Source of the DNA: the human T2T-CHM13v2.0 reference genome, Homo sapiens
Reading direction: 5' to 3' (one strand)
Length of the DNA: 64,000 nucleotides
Assembly: GCF_009914755.1 (NCBI RefSeq)
Contig: NC_060925.1
Shown here: piece by piece, positions 26,187 through 41,865 of the stretch
Layout: the number at the start of each line of letters is the position of its first letter
Numbering within the stretch: position 1 is the first letter of the stretch
Position numbers and translations under genes: made by a program
The notes under the pieces: model-generated
Seen by the model: only the letters and a program-made list of their open reading frames with translations
Databases searched by the model: none
What the model was told of the DNA's origin: nothing

Positions 26187-26658
26187 CAGCGGTCTCAATC
26201 TTTTGGTCTCAAGACCGCTTTCCACTTGTAAAATTATTGAGAGCCCCAAGAACTTTTCTTTATGTTGGTTACAGCTATTAATATTAAAACAAATTTAAAA
26301 ATTGCTATTTTTTAAAATAATAATGAATAAAAATAAAAATGTCAAATAGCGCATTTTAATTAAAAATAACTATTTTCAAAAAATTAGTTAAAAGAATGGT
26401 GTTACTTTAAAATTTTGCCCATATCTTTAATGTCTTGCTTAATAGAAGGCATTTGGATTTTCATATCTGTTTGTGCATTCGATCTGTTGTGCTATTTCAG
26501 GTAGCGTCTGGAAAACTCTACTGTGCACTCATAATGAGAGGGAAAAAGGCAAATAATATCTTAGTATTATAACAAAAATAGTTTTGACTTTGCAGACTCC
26601 CTGGAAGGGTCTTGGAAACTTGCCGCCCCAAGGTTCAGCAGATCTTTGAAAACCACTG
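26187..26658 (+). mobile_element. Charlie4a-like hAT DNA transposon
   Basis: TIR-like ends cagcggtctcaa...ttgaaaaccactg; degenerate 8-bp TSD gaataaac / gtctaaac. Confidence 0.7.
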
Positions 26659-26905
26659 GTCTAAACCTCTTTGTACTCTGTCCCTCTTTGTTAACCAATA
26701 ACTGGTTAAGGGGCTAAAAATATGACCTAATTCTGCTCAGTCCATAATGGGGAGTGGGGGATGAGGAGCTTCAGGGGAAGGATTTTATCCTGACAGACTA
26801 AGGACAAGTTTTTTCCTTCTTGCCTTGGACATCCTCCAGTAAGCCAGACATGTTTGGAGCTGTGGCAGCATATTCTGCAACCACGAGAGAAAAGCAAGAA
26901 AAATA

Positions 26906-29517
<2,612 letters not shown>

Positions 29518-29713
29518 TACAGAAAAGGCAACCCCAAGCCCAGATGTTACTGAGTGGCTACATTAGCCTACCTTGGCTCTGTATATCTCTACACTGCATA
29601 TCATGTGAGACAGTAAATGGCCTATTGCTTAAGCCATTGTAGGCTTAAGCCTAAGAACATTTTTAGCCCAGGGCTAAAAGAAATTGGGCTTGATAGAACT
29701 TTACTATGGTAAG

Positions 29714-30122
29714 TGTATTAGGCCATTCTTGCATTGCTGTAAAGACTGGGTAGTTTATGAAGAAAAGCGGTTGAATTGACTCCCGGTTCTGCAGGCTGTG
29801 CAGGAAGCATGACACTGGCATCTGCTTCTAGGGAGGCCTCAGAAATCTCCAGTCATGGCAGTAGGTGAAGTGGGAGCAGGCACCTCATACGGCGAAAATA
29901 GAAGCAAGAAAGAAAGATAGCGAGGTGCCACACACTTTTAAGCAGCCAGATCTCATGAGGAGTCACTATTCTCATGGAGGACAGCCCCAAGGGGATGATA
30001 TTAAACCATTCATGAGAAACCACCCCCATGATCCAATCACCTCCCACCAGGCCCCACCTCCAATACTGGGAATTACAATTCAACACAATATTTGGGCAGG
30101 GACACATATCTGAACTATATCA
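29714..30122 (-). mobile_element. MSTA MaLR LTR
   Basis: tgtattaggccattcttgcattgct...ccaatcacctcccaccaggccccacctccaatactgggaattacaattcaac...aactatatca; 5-bp TSD gtaag/gaaag. Confidence 0.85.
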
Positions 30123-30249
30123 GAAAGGAAAGATAAGATATGAAAATTTTATTTTAAAAATGCTTAGTTTGCTTTCCACTTTTTTTTAGCAAAATTAAAG
30201 GGATGTGACTATGAAATGCTGCTGTTGTTGTTTTCCAAAACTTATCAAA

Positions 30250-30870
30250 ACTTCCACCCTTGCTCCTCTGTAGTCTATTTATATCACAGTAGGCAGAGTA
30301 ATTCCCCTAAAATGTGAGATCCTGTCACTTCTCTTCTTTGGCTCCCCTAACTCAATGTTAAAGCTAAAGTGCTAACCATGGCTGCAAGGCTCTTACAACC
30401 TCACCTTCACCACCTTACCTCTCTGACTCCGTGTCCTACAATCTGTCAACCATTCAACTAAGCACTCAACCAACCACTAGCCACCTCACTGTTCCTCAAC
30501 TTTGCCAAGCACATTCCTGCTTCAGGACCTCTGTTTGAATGTTCATCCCCTTAGCATCTTTGTTACTTACGTCCTCCCTTTAGAGTCTGCTCAAATGTCA
30601 CCATCTTGGTAAGGGCCAACCTGACAACATTGTTTAAAATCGGAACTCCCTTCCAGCTTTCCAAATTTCTCGTACTTTGCTCCTATACAATCTTAAACCA
30701 TGATAGATCCTTTACTTATTTTGATTGTTCATTTGGTCTGTCTCCCTCCACTAGAATATAAACTCAGCAGGAAAATAAATTTCCTCTACTTGGTTCATTA
30801 ATGTATCCCCAGTGCCTGAAACAGTGCCTGATGCTTTGTGGTTGGTACTCAATAATTATTTGGTGACTAA
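30250..30870 (+). mobile_element. L2 LINE 3' fragment
   Basis: tgtatccccagtgcctgaaacagtgcctg...tactcaataattatttggtga. Confidence 0.7.
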
Positions 30871-31889
30871 ATTTATAAATTCAAATAAATGTTTTTCATT
30901 TCAAAGTAAGCACTTTATTAGGCTGTATACATATTCCCATGTATACATATTCAAAAGGTATCACATCATTATTTACTGAATTTGTTGAAAATAATGCTTT
31001 CCTTTGAGCTGGAGTTGCAAGGTTAAAAAAAAAAGAAAGAAAATAATTATTTTTAAAAAATAAATCTGATTTCTGGGACAATCCAAAAGTCATGCAAGAG
31101 CCAAATCTGATGAACACATTCTGGAGCAAAATGTTAAAATCCCAAACCTGTTTTCCTGCTAAGTTACTGCATTTGAGTGGGTAAGGAAAGGTAAAAAAAC
31201 ATAATGTGTTTGATTTTTCTAGGAGGCAGTAAACCAACTCTGAGCATAATTTCAAAGAGGAGTTCTAAAAATGTACACCAATAACTAGTTGCAGAATAAG
31301 TACTATATGTTACCATTTTTGTTTTTAAAATAGAAATATTTATTTCTATATGTCTGTGTGTATGTGTGAATGAATTTCTTCCAACCTGTCTGAAGACTTT
31401 CATTTTTGCCCCCATTACATTAGAGGCATCTTTCAAAAGTGAAAATCAAATTCTGATTCCCCTTCCCCATTTAAGAACCTTCAATGGCCTCTCATTGTAT
31501 TTAGTAACTTCCCACCTAGCCCTCCCTGGCATGATCTGGCCCCTGTTCCCCATCCTCCTTTCAGAACTCGCACTTTGGCCACAAAGTGCCAACCATAGAG
31601 GCAGCCTTTTCAGTTCCCTTGGCTCTTTGTACTTGCCATTCAGTCTGCCTAGAAGGCTCTTCCCATAAAGATTCAAGACTGATTCTTTTTTTTAATCATT
31701 CAGATCCCACCTCCATATATAAAGAAACCTTCTGAGGCTTGGTTTTATTTATGTTTTATTTGTTTCCTTGCTGTGATCTTTCCCCTTCAACTAAAACATA
31801 AGCCCTCTGAAGGGAGGGTCCTTGTTGGTCATGTTTGCCTCTGTAGCCCCAGCTCTTCAGTGCCTGAGATAATGATGAGATTGAGGGCC

Positions 31890-32195
31890 AAAAAGATGAA
31901 GAGCTGACACCTCATCGGAAACCACGGAGGCCAGAGCCTGTGGAATGACATATCCAAAATGCTGAAAAAAAAGAAAAGTTAACCAAGACCTTCTAGCAAA
32001 ACCATACCTCAAGAACAAAGGAGATATTAACACATCCCCAGATAAACAAAAACAGAATTTGTTGGTAACAGACCTGCCCTACAAGAGCTTCTAATGGGAG
32101 TCAATCAGGCTGAAATGAAAGGACTCTAAGCAGTAACTTGAACCCATGCAAAGAACTAAAGAACACAGGTAAAGATAACTACACAGGTAAATATT
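31890..32195 (+). mobile_element. L1M ORF1-region fragment
   Basis: gaaaccacggaggccagagcctgtggaatgacatatccaaaatgctgaaa...agacctgccctacaaga. Confidence 0.65.
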
Positions 32196-32200
32196 AAAAA

Positions 32201-32375
32201 GGCTGGGCGTGACAGCTGATGCCTGTAATCCAAGCACTTTGAAAGGCTGAGGCAGGAGGATTGCTTGAGCCCAGGAGTTTGAGGCTACAGTGACCTATGA
32301 TTGTGCACTGCATTCCAGCCTGGGCAACAGAGCAAGGCCCTGTATCAAAATAACAACAACAGTAATAATAATAAT
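32201..32375 (+). mobile_element. Alu monomer (FRAM/FLAM-type) with AAC/AAT tail
   Basis: Single ~150-bp Alu arm ggctgggcgt...ggattgcttgagcccaggagtttgaggctacagtga...gcaaggccctgtatcaaaa. Confidence 0.85.
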
Positions 32376-34142
32376 GAGATTGGGAGGAAGGCAGAAAGGA
32401 GCAAAGGAACATTTGTCTTACCTTTTATTAACTTGTTATATGAATTTTTATAAGCATGTATTATAGTGATCTTAAAATATTTTAATTTTGCTGTAATAAA
32501 TAGGCTCTGATTTTAATATGCATTAAGCTAATGACCCACACTTTATTCTACTCATATGTTTTCCTCAGGAACAAGTGTTTCAAGTACCCCAGCCAGCATT
32601 CAGGCCACAGTGCTTCTACTAACATGCATATTCACATTTGGATAATAATGGGCCAACTTATAAAGGCTTTCTTCTGTAATGCATACCATCTGGGTTATTT
32701 CAATAGGAGCAACAATTTCTGGATCTGGTAGAGAACATTTCCTGTTAGGGCCTTATGCTGTAACAGATGAGAATATGGGCTGAGTCACCTCTGCTTAACG
32801 GCCCCACTTTTATTAATTCTGTGTTCTGGCCAGGACTACTTTTCCAGAAATAACAGAATGAATAAACAAAGTCTTTCTGAATACTGTGCTAGGCACTTTC
32901 ATATCCATGGCTTCATTTTATTAGCAAGACCAACTTTAGGCTGTTTATAATTTACTGCAAAACAGTATGGGGCAGAGTCCAAGGGCCAATAGACTTCAGA
33001 GTCTTCTCAGTGGGCTAGAATTATCAGGGAGTACTCCATGGAAGAGAAAAATCTAGACAAGGGCCTTGGGGCAATCTTGACTCTGCAAGCTTCACAATAG
33101 TTCTGTGAGTTAAAAAAGCTTCGAGACCAGACTGCCAGCTCTGCTTTCTGACTTCTAAAACATGGCCTTAAACTTAGCTGGGATTGACTCCTCTGACTAT
33201 CTTAGTGAATTTCTGCATCATGCTGCATTTCCAAAGATGATTCATTTCTAGCTAATCCCTTTGGATTTGGGCCAGTAGTAGTAGTAGTTGAAATGACAGT
33301 ATGTGCCACTTACAAAGTGCTGACTGAGTTTGCAGGAAAAACAGACCACTGCTGTTCACTCTTCCTCCCACCTCCAGCCAGGTGAAAATCTCCAGAAAAG
33401 GAAACTGTCCCTCCTCCATCCTGCCATTTCCCCACCCCACTACCACCCAACCCTGTCATACACAAACACACAGATCAGCAGACAAATGCCTGGGTGTTCC
33501 ATTCTCCTGGGTGTTACATTCTTAGTACTTGAGTTTTTTGACTGATCTGCTGAGTGTTTTGCCCCATGATTTCTTCTAAAAGGACTCTTTTTGAGTAAGA
33601 ACACCTGATGAATTTTATCAAGAGCTAACACATTAGTTCCCAACTCTCCAAATGTCCCAAAAGTGATTTATTAGTTTTAAATATGACATGTGAAATTTGA
33701 TGATGCATACATTAAACAGTTGATAAGGTATTATCATAGAAAGGTGGTCAGGGTACCAAAGAGAGTAGTTTTCAAACTGTATTTCCAAGAGAGAAATATA
33801 TCACCTTTAGTAAATGCAGTGTGCACATATGCAAAGCATGGGTGCACACACACACACACATGCACGCACACATGATAGGTAATTGTTTTAAGGATTTAGG
33901 TGGACTGTCCAAAATTCTGATATAACATTTCAACCGTGTTAACCCAAGTTCTTGACATAAACTCATCTTCATCAGTATCCAACAATACCAAGTATCATAT
34001 AACTTTCATAGATTTACTGAAAACTTGTGGGTCTCATCACACAGCCTATAACATTTCACTTTTTAAAAAATCACCAGCAAACATACCACTTCTCGGGTCT
34101 CTCCTCCAACTATTTTGTGTTTGATCAATTCCTCTTCCTTTC

Positions 34143-34145
<3 letters not shown>

Positions 34146-34218
<73 letters not shown>
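34146..34218. repeat. Compound microsatellite (CA)23(GA)13
   Basis: Read directly from the sequence. Confidence 0.97.
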
Positions 34219-36984
34219 CTAACCTTGCTGACTCCAGAGTCAGCCTCTAAACCTTTCTCACACAGAGCAATTTAGCTCAGTCTACTTTTCTAAAGTTGCA
34301 AATTTAAACCCAGAGTCTTATTCAGCCAACAAAGTTTGCTCTAAAAAAAAATGGGGGACTATAATTGACCCAAAATGTCTTCCAGTTATACTGAAGTCTC
34401 TTTAAAAACTACAGAACACAGAGATCCAGCATTAATTTGAATAATCTTAATTGATTTACTTCTGTACCTAAGCACCTTTTTATTTCACATAGTTCTAGTT
34501 TCCCTCTTCCTGTTTAAAATTGATCTCACTGGTTTAATAAATATTTATTGATTAACTATGTGTCAAGCACTGGGAAATATAAGGAAAGAAAAGATCTCTG
34601 CCCAAAACAGGAACTCAGTCTCCTAGGACAGAGTAGTGAAACTGTAAGTATTGCAGAGAAGAAGTAGAGTGTGCCATGTGCACATAAGTCAGACTGCCTA
34701 GACAAATCAGCTCAGCCACCTGGGTCCATGTTGATAGCACTGAGCTCCCGAACCAACATGGGGCCACCTTCCTCTGGGCATTCTGTTTAGTAAACAATAA
34801 ATGCTTTGAGTTCTAAAATGCTACTAGGTTGTCTGTACTTGCAGCCAAAAGCATCCCTGATAGTACACTGAAAAAAGGACATTCATGAAGGGACCTGAGG
34901 CTATGATATTTCATTTCATTGGTACAAATATGCTTAAGTGTCACAGATGGAAACAGTCAAGTGAGCAAAAAAAGTCGGTGGGAAATGAAGTATACAAGTT
35001 GTTACAGAGCACTGCATGAATGGAAAAATTAAATAAGAAACAGGAAATATGTGGGGCTCTTTATACTTTATATTATCAGCATATATCTAAGATATGAACA
35101 TTTTTCTGAATCATATCTTTTTTCTTTGCTAATTAGGCCAGACAAATTAAAATATATTGATAAATACAACTTTTCACAAAATGATTTTTTCCTTTCTGAA
35201 CTTTTCAGGCCACAGCACTATGTTTTCTTGCTAGTACTTGCTTTATGTAATAGATATTTTCCAGGAAAAGTCATGTGTAAATAATGCACTTATAAATCAA
35301 ATCATATTCTAAATGTACTAGCGAAGCTAGATGTTTAAAAGAAAACTATGGTAAGTCTTTTTGCATGATGAATAACACCTTTGTAGAACACATAGTCTCT
35401 TTATCATTTATCTATTCTATAAGATCATATTTTAATATGCTGGATTTCCTTTCTTTCCTTACCTATTATTTAAAATCAGACTTTTGTGCAATTATTTTAA
35501 TATAGAGTTTTCTGTAATGCGAATCACACTACAGAAGGCTAAGATGTTGCAAACAGTTCATATGTTTTTAATCTGTAATTCTCAATTTAATTTTTATCTT
35601 GTTTATAAATTTCCATTTGCTTTCATTATTTGTATTTCACTAGGCAAAGTTTCTTTTTCTTCATTCTCAGTGAAGAAGAAATCTGAAGGCTTGATTCCTG
35701 ATGGATTACACTTTCTGCTTTGTAAACCTTTATCAATAATGTCATCAAGTAATTGCTCAAATTGAAATATAGTGAAATAGAATCCTCTATGTACTGAGTA
35801 AAACACCCACATAAAATTTTAGATTTGAAAATCTTTGATGTCAATTAAAATATACTATGTTTTTAAATAACAGTTTAAGACTTAAATCTTATATAAGTCT
35901 GCCTGTCCCTTTAAGAAACGAAATCACGTCTTGCTTGCTGGGCTCTCTTGGATTTATTTTATCTTAGCAGCTGTTCCTGAAGTCGATGTTATTCAGATGC
36001 GGGTTTTTAAGCTCTTTGTTGTGTTTTTCAGCTTACTGTATATGCTATTGAACATAAAACCCAGATTTAGAATGAGGTAGGGAGGGGGACAGCTAGAAAT
36101 GCTAGAAAAAATAAAATAATATTGGGAAAAGGACCTCTAATTTTCATGTAATAAAACTGTTGAACATGATCTGCTTGAAGCCCCAGTAAAAGCTGCAAGG
36201 CAAAACCCCTGAACCTCTAAGCACCAAAAGTTGGATGATATATTTAGTAGTAAGTGTGTGTGTGTCGGGGGGTGGGGGTTGGGGAGAAGTATCTGAAATG
36301 AAATAATGGAAATTTCTGTGGTTATAAAAGGTAAGGAAAGAACACAGTGAACACTTTTGCTACTTTGGAAATAAGCATACTATAAATTTTGCTTAACATA
36401 TGCTACTTTGATCTAGAAAGAAAAATTTTACAACTTATACACCTCTTATATCATTTATTTTTGTTTCATTTATTTTTCAAGAGGCAGGATAACATAGTCC
36501 TTAACAGTGGAAACTCTGGGTAAGAATATTGGCTCTGCCACATACTTATGGTGGAAACTTATACCTTTTTGTTTAGTTTACAAATTAAAGCAGTTAGCTT
36601 AGGTAATAGCAAAGTACATATCAAACTTATGTGGGGGTTATTGTCCTAATTTTTATGTCATATATAATCATTTCCTTGTACTAATGTGATGATTTATTGC
36701 ATGATTACTAATTGTCAAGCACTGCTCTAAGTACTTTACATATTAGCTCATTTAATCCTCACAACAACCTTCTTAGGTATCATTATTGCTTTCATTTCCA
36801 GATGAGGAATTTAACAGGGAGAGGTTAAATAATTTGCACAAGATTATATATATAGTTAGTTAATTTCAGAGCTAGGATTTACCGAGTTCTCCTTTTAGCC
36901 ACCATGTCATTACCAATCTGTTTAGGACTGCTTAATCTCTTTTGCTCTCTGTCATTTTTATTCAAAAGATGATGATTAAGAAAC

Positions 36985-38206
36985 GGACATCTTCAAACTG
37001 GGATAAACCTGCACTTCCCCGCAGCTCCCAACCCCCAGCCCCTCCCCCAAGATACATGAAGACTCTCCTCCAGTGGTGCAGAGCAGGATAGTTTCAAGAG
37101 AATCAATTCCATGTCCTTGATCCTTTTCTACGCTTTCCTAAAACCGATCTGCCTGAGAATGTGCATGTGGTCTCCATTCCATTCCCCTTTCACAATGGCC
37201 ATTTCCCACTTGGCAAAAAGTCGTTCTTCTCACAGATCCCACATCTTACTAGAGTGTATTGTCCCAGGTGCACACAATATGGCAAAGTAGAAGCCTGTGC
37301 GGGCATTGAGAAAGAGAACGCCTGTGATGACTGGGGAGCAAAATTGCCACCTGATAGAGCATTAGAAATAATGTAAATAATCTATCATTGCATGATATTT
37401 GGCATATAATTGAAAGGAATTCACAGAATTGAGTAACACTGCTACAACAAGTTCTCCCATTCCCATCTACTCAATTTCTGTGAACAAAGTACCTTAGCAT
37501 TTATATCTACAAAGACAGAGTCAAACACATGAATACAATTGGGGAGGAGCTTTGTTTCCTTCTAGCTATAAATAATATTCATCCATCACTACCTTGGAAA
37601 AGAAAAAGTTCCTTCCATATAATCAATGCATACACTTTTATTTTTTGTTAAATATACTTGTTAATTTATAATATAGTTACTGTTTGATCAATTGTATATT
37701 ACTAATAATTATAAGGATAACTCCACCCAGAGATACTTTTAACACCTCAATCTTTAGAGTCACAAGAAAGTAAAATTATATAAATATGTAGTTATAATGT
37801 CTGTTGTAAAGAATGACATACTGATCAATAAAAATTTTTCAAGCATGAAAATATCAACATGATAACATTCTGTGGGGAAAATGCAGTGAAAATATGAGTT
37901 CAAGAAGAAAAGGGAACAATGCAAATTTTCTGACTGTGAAAGAAGAACTGGTTCATGTATATTTAAAATGAATAATGTTGAGTAACAAATCACCGTGGGA
38001 TTTAGATTCTTCAGGGTAAATTTAAAAGAGTGAGCTAACAGCTTTATTTTAAAATATCATGAATTGCAATATGCTGGAAATAACACCCTTTGCAAACTTG
38101 TGATGAAAAATTATACTGTAGGTGGCAATAAAAAATGTGGAAGGGATGCAAGGTTTTCCAAGGTTTCTCAGAGCAGCATGTGGGCAAAAATGTTTGAAGA
38201 CCACTG
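36985..38206. mobile_element. Old hAT-Charlie-type DNA transposon remnant
   Basis: Ends catcttcaaactggg ... tttgaagaccactg resemble hAT TIRs; AT-rich decayed interior. Subfamily uncertain. Confidence 0.5.
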
Positions 38207-39816
38207 ATCTTGAAGACCACAGAAGATCTCCACAGGATGCTTAAAATCTAGTCCAGATAATTATTAACACAAACATTTTACATAGAAAAACATAGATCCC
38301 ATGTGAAATAAAATGCTATTGGTTTCTGCTTTGAATGCCCAAGGAATTCAGCCAAATGCTTACAAATGAGAACTGGGCTTTGAGCTGTGGCAATCACTTT
38401 TTCCTGTGCTATCCTTTTATCTCTTCAGTCACTGTGTATAGCTATGTCTGCCACATTGTGAGTTTCAGGAACACAATAACACAAACATAGCCTTTAAGAT
38501 AAAGAAAAGTGCCACAAGATTTCCATGTGAATTCCCTGTCAGTATATGCCTGGCCTGTAAGCTATTGGAGATATATGTTTTCCTAACTCCAGTTTAGGAC
38601 CCAAGACCTGATACATGAAATTGTTCCTTGGAGGTTAAACTGGCAGTTTACTGGAATTGGAAATTTCCTGACAATCCAGAGCCCTGGAACAAAATAAGTA
38701 GATATAATAGGCATCATGTCTGCTATCTTAGAGTGACCATCTTATAACTTACCCTAGTACAAAAGTTGGACTCTGGAAAGTTTGGGTTCTCATTTAATGC
38801 TGCTAACTAGTTGTGAAATCATTAGTAAATAACTCTGGGCTTCATTTTCTTTTTCTGTGAAATAAATGTGAATACTTACATTTATTTTGCTTCCCTTCTG
38901 CACAGAAACTCTATTTGTTCACGAATTCAACAAATCTCTATGAGCCCTTCCTCTGTACTGGCACCGTGCAAGGGGCTGGAGATTCCAAATTGAGTTAGAC
39001 AAAGTCTCTTCCCTCAAGGAGCCTCTGGGCTGTGAGGATGGTAGGACTGCTTGCTTGTTTGCAGATACTTAACAATATAAAGTGATAAACGCTGCCACCG
39101 AGCTGTGTGGAGGGCATGATGGTAGCTCAGTGGAGATGAGCATCAAGGTAGAGAAGACTTACAGAGGAGGAAATACTTGACTCTTTCTTTCTAGGGGTCT
39201 ATTTAATGCTTAAATTTTTTTTCAATTCCATTGCTTAAAAAAATGAAGTAATATATTCATAGAGTATAAAATTCAAAATGTACAAAAGGACATGCTGTGA
39301 GAAGCTTCTCTTCTACTCCTCACCAAGCCACCCAGTTTCTCTTCTCAGGAACAACCAGGAGTGTCTGTTTCTTGTTTATTCTTTCAGGGACTTGAATTAT
39401 TTCTTAAAAGATGTATGCAAGGTACTCAAGTGAAAAAGAGGAAGCTGAGCATTGCAGACAAAGAGAACAGCATGAGACTGTTGGGGAGTAGGACCCATGA
39501 GGCGGAAGGCAGTGAGAGAGTCCTCTCCAGGAGGGGCCTTACCATGCTAAGGAATTTGGATCTGATCCTGAAGCATTAGGAAAGCCATTAGTAGATTTAG
39601 AGCAGAGGATCTGCCTGATGAAATTAATGATTTACAAGAAACACTCTGGCAGAAATGTGAAGAATGGATTGGAGAGAGGCGAGATCAGTGAAAGATACCA
39701 GTTAGGAGGCAATTGTAATTGTCCAAGGAAGAACTAATGAGGACTTAAATCAAGACAGAATCGGTGTGGATTGGAAGGGGGGCCAACTCTGGTTGTTAAG
39801 GAAGAAGGATGAACAG

Positions 39817-39982
39817 CATTTTTGGATCAATTGGATTCCAATGAATTTAATTCCTGTTCTCTCCTTATCTAAGAATTGCCTAAGAGTCACATGCCAAGAA
39901 TAATCAGAATTAATTGCCCTCTCCCTTTAAGCAGTCACCAAGGCACCCAGTCTTGTCTTAAATATCTAGCTCAGTGACCTTA
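39817..39982 (+). repeat. Left arm of ~166-bp inverted repeat
   Basis: Reverse complement of 40709-40875. Outer 41 bp identical; about 15 differences overall by manual alignment. Confidence 0.95.
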
Positions 39983-39989
39983 AGATATC

Positions 39990-41865
39990 TAAGCCTCCCA
40001 GGTCAAATTTCATCACTCAAATCTCTATTCCCCGCTGTCATCAGAAAAACCCCTCCAACCACACTCCTCTCTGAACAGTCCCTTCACCTTGCAGCTCGAA
40101 AGGAAACTTTCCCCTGAGCACTCGGAATTCCCTGCAGTGGTGGCCAGTTTTCTCTCACCTGTCACTTCCCACTGTTCCAGAGGTGATGCAGATGTCTTCC
40201 CTACTCCTCACTGTCACTTCCAAACTGCTGTCCCTTCCTTGCCCTCCCCCATCGGGTCCTTTGCCACTCATGCCATCAACCTGCTCCTCCCTACAGGCCT
40301 CCTGGCTGTAGCCCTCCCCTGTCCTCCTGATCACTACCACACATTTCTTGGAAATGTCAACACCAAGTTTATTGTCTTTCTCTCTTGCATTCTTTTGTCA
40401 TTATTCCTGGTGATTTCAGTATCTACACAGATGGCCCATCCAAGCCCATGGCTTCTCCATTTCTCTATCTCTTTATTCCAGTGCATCTGGTCTTCCACCA
40501 TTCCCCTTCAGCCACCATCCTCCATGGTTAGCTGCAGACCTTGTCATTTACAACAATTGCATTCTCTCACTTATATTAGTTTCAAGCATCTCATTTGTAT
40601 ATTTTCAGCTCATGCTTGTACCCCAGCTCAAAAAATTCTTTTACTCCACTAGGTACCTTGTTCATGTGACTCCTGACCCTGAAGGGGATAGGGGTTTAAG
40701 TAATGAAATAAGGTCACTGAGATAAATATTTAAGACAAGACCGGGTGCCCTGGTGGCTGCTTAAAGGGAAGGGGGCAATTAATTCTGATTATTCTTGGCA
40801 CTTGATGCTTAGGCAATTCTAAGGTAAGGAGAGGACAGGAATTAAATTCATTGGAATCCAATTGATCCAAAAATGATTTTCACTGTTTATCTCCATCCCT
40901 CAAAACCCATTCTCTCCTTGCCTGGCTTAGATTCTGTGGTCCTTTATATAATCACTCCTTTAAATATGCTCTTAGCTTTCTTGGCCCTGTAATATCCCAT
41001 TATGTTATTCTGAACAAAGTCCCAACTCTGGTAATAGTTCCATCTCTACCTTCTGTGCTCCTTCTCCTGAGAATCTAAATGTGTCTCAGGAGAAACATGG
41101 TTACCCTGACCTCAAACATTAAGTCGGCCCTCAAAGCTGCTTGGTGATCCTTCAGCATTTTCCTAGTCAATTTATTCTTTGACTCTCCCAGACTATTTCA
41201 TTCCTTCTCCAAACTCCATCACCCTCCTCATCAATTATGAATCTTATTTCTCTCAGAAATATATAAGCAACAGAAGAGGCTCTTAGTATCACATTTACCC
41301 CCTTCTTTCCTCTCTTCCTCTATCCACACTCTGCTTTTCCTTCTTTTGCAATGGATGAGCTGCTCACCTTTCTGCCTAAAACCATCAACTTCACTTGTGC
41401 ACAGGATGCTCCCTCTTTATCTCACTCCCATTGTTACCCATTGCTTTCCTATATTATATGTTCAAATTTTTATCTCTCAGTTGAATCATTCCCACTAGCA
41501 AATGAACATCATTTAAAAAAAGCCTACCTTAACTCCATAGCTCCTCCAACTACCACATCATTTTTCTGCTTCTCTTTATAGAAAAACTCCTTAAAAGATT
41601 GTCAATGCTCAGTGACTCCACTTCTTTACTAATTAGGCTTACATTCCACCATGGAAACCTCTTTTGTCAAGTTCATGTTACCAAATCAAATGGTCAGTCA
41701 TAAGTCCTCAACTTCTCATCTTACTCAGTGAGTGACACAGTTGAAACAATTTTTTTCACTTCATTTACATACCCCAGCAATCTCCTGTTTTCCTCTTTTC
41801 TCATTGGCCATTCTTCTGTTTATCTTGCTCATTCTTATTCTTTGACCACTAAAGTTTGGAGTATA
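39990..41865 (+). mobile_element. L2 LINE (ORF2 region) interrupted by the inverted-repeat right arm
   Basis: CT-rich L2-like body on both sides of 40657-40875, e.g. cctggtgatttcagtat (GDF-like) and gcttagattctgtggtcc...aatcactcc. Confidence 0.6.
40709..40875 (-). repeat. Right arm of ~166-bp inverted repeat
   Basis: taaggtcactgag...ttggaatccaattgatccaaaaatg pairs with catttttggatcaattggattccaa...ctcagtgacctta. Confidence 0.95.

Noticed and set aside
40089-40652. Longest ORF in the window (187 aa), lying inside the inverted repeat
   Set aside because: It starts at a non-ATG codon, is S/L/P/H-rich and overlaps CT-rich L2 sequence that is naturally poor in stop codons. No recognisable domain or splice context.
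39817-40875. Inverted repeat as the TIRs of a Pack-MULE-like transposon capturing L2
   Set aside because: No target-site duplication, and the L2 inside appears to continue collinearly outside the right arm. Kept as a local inverted duplication instead.
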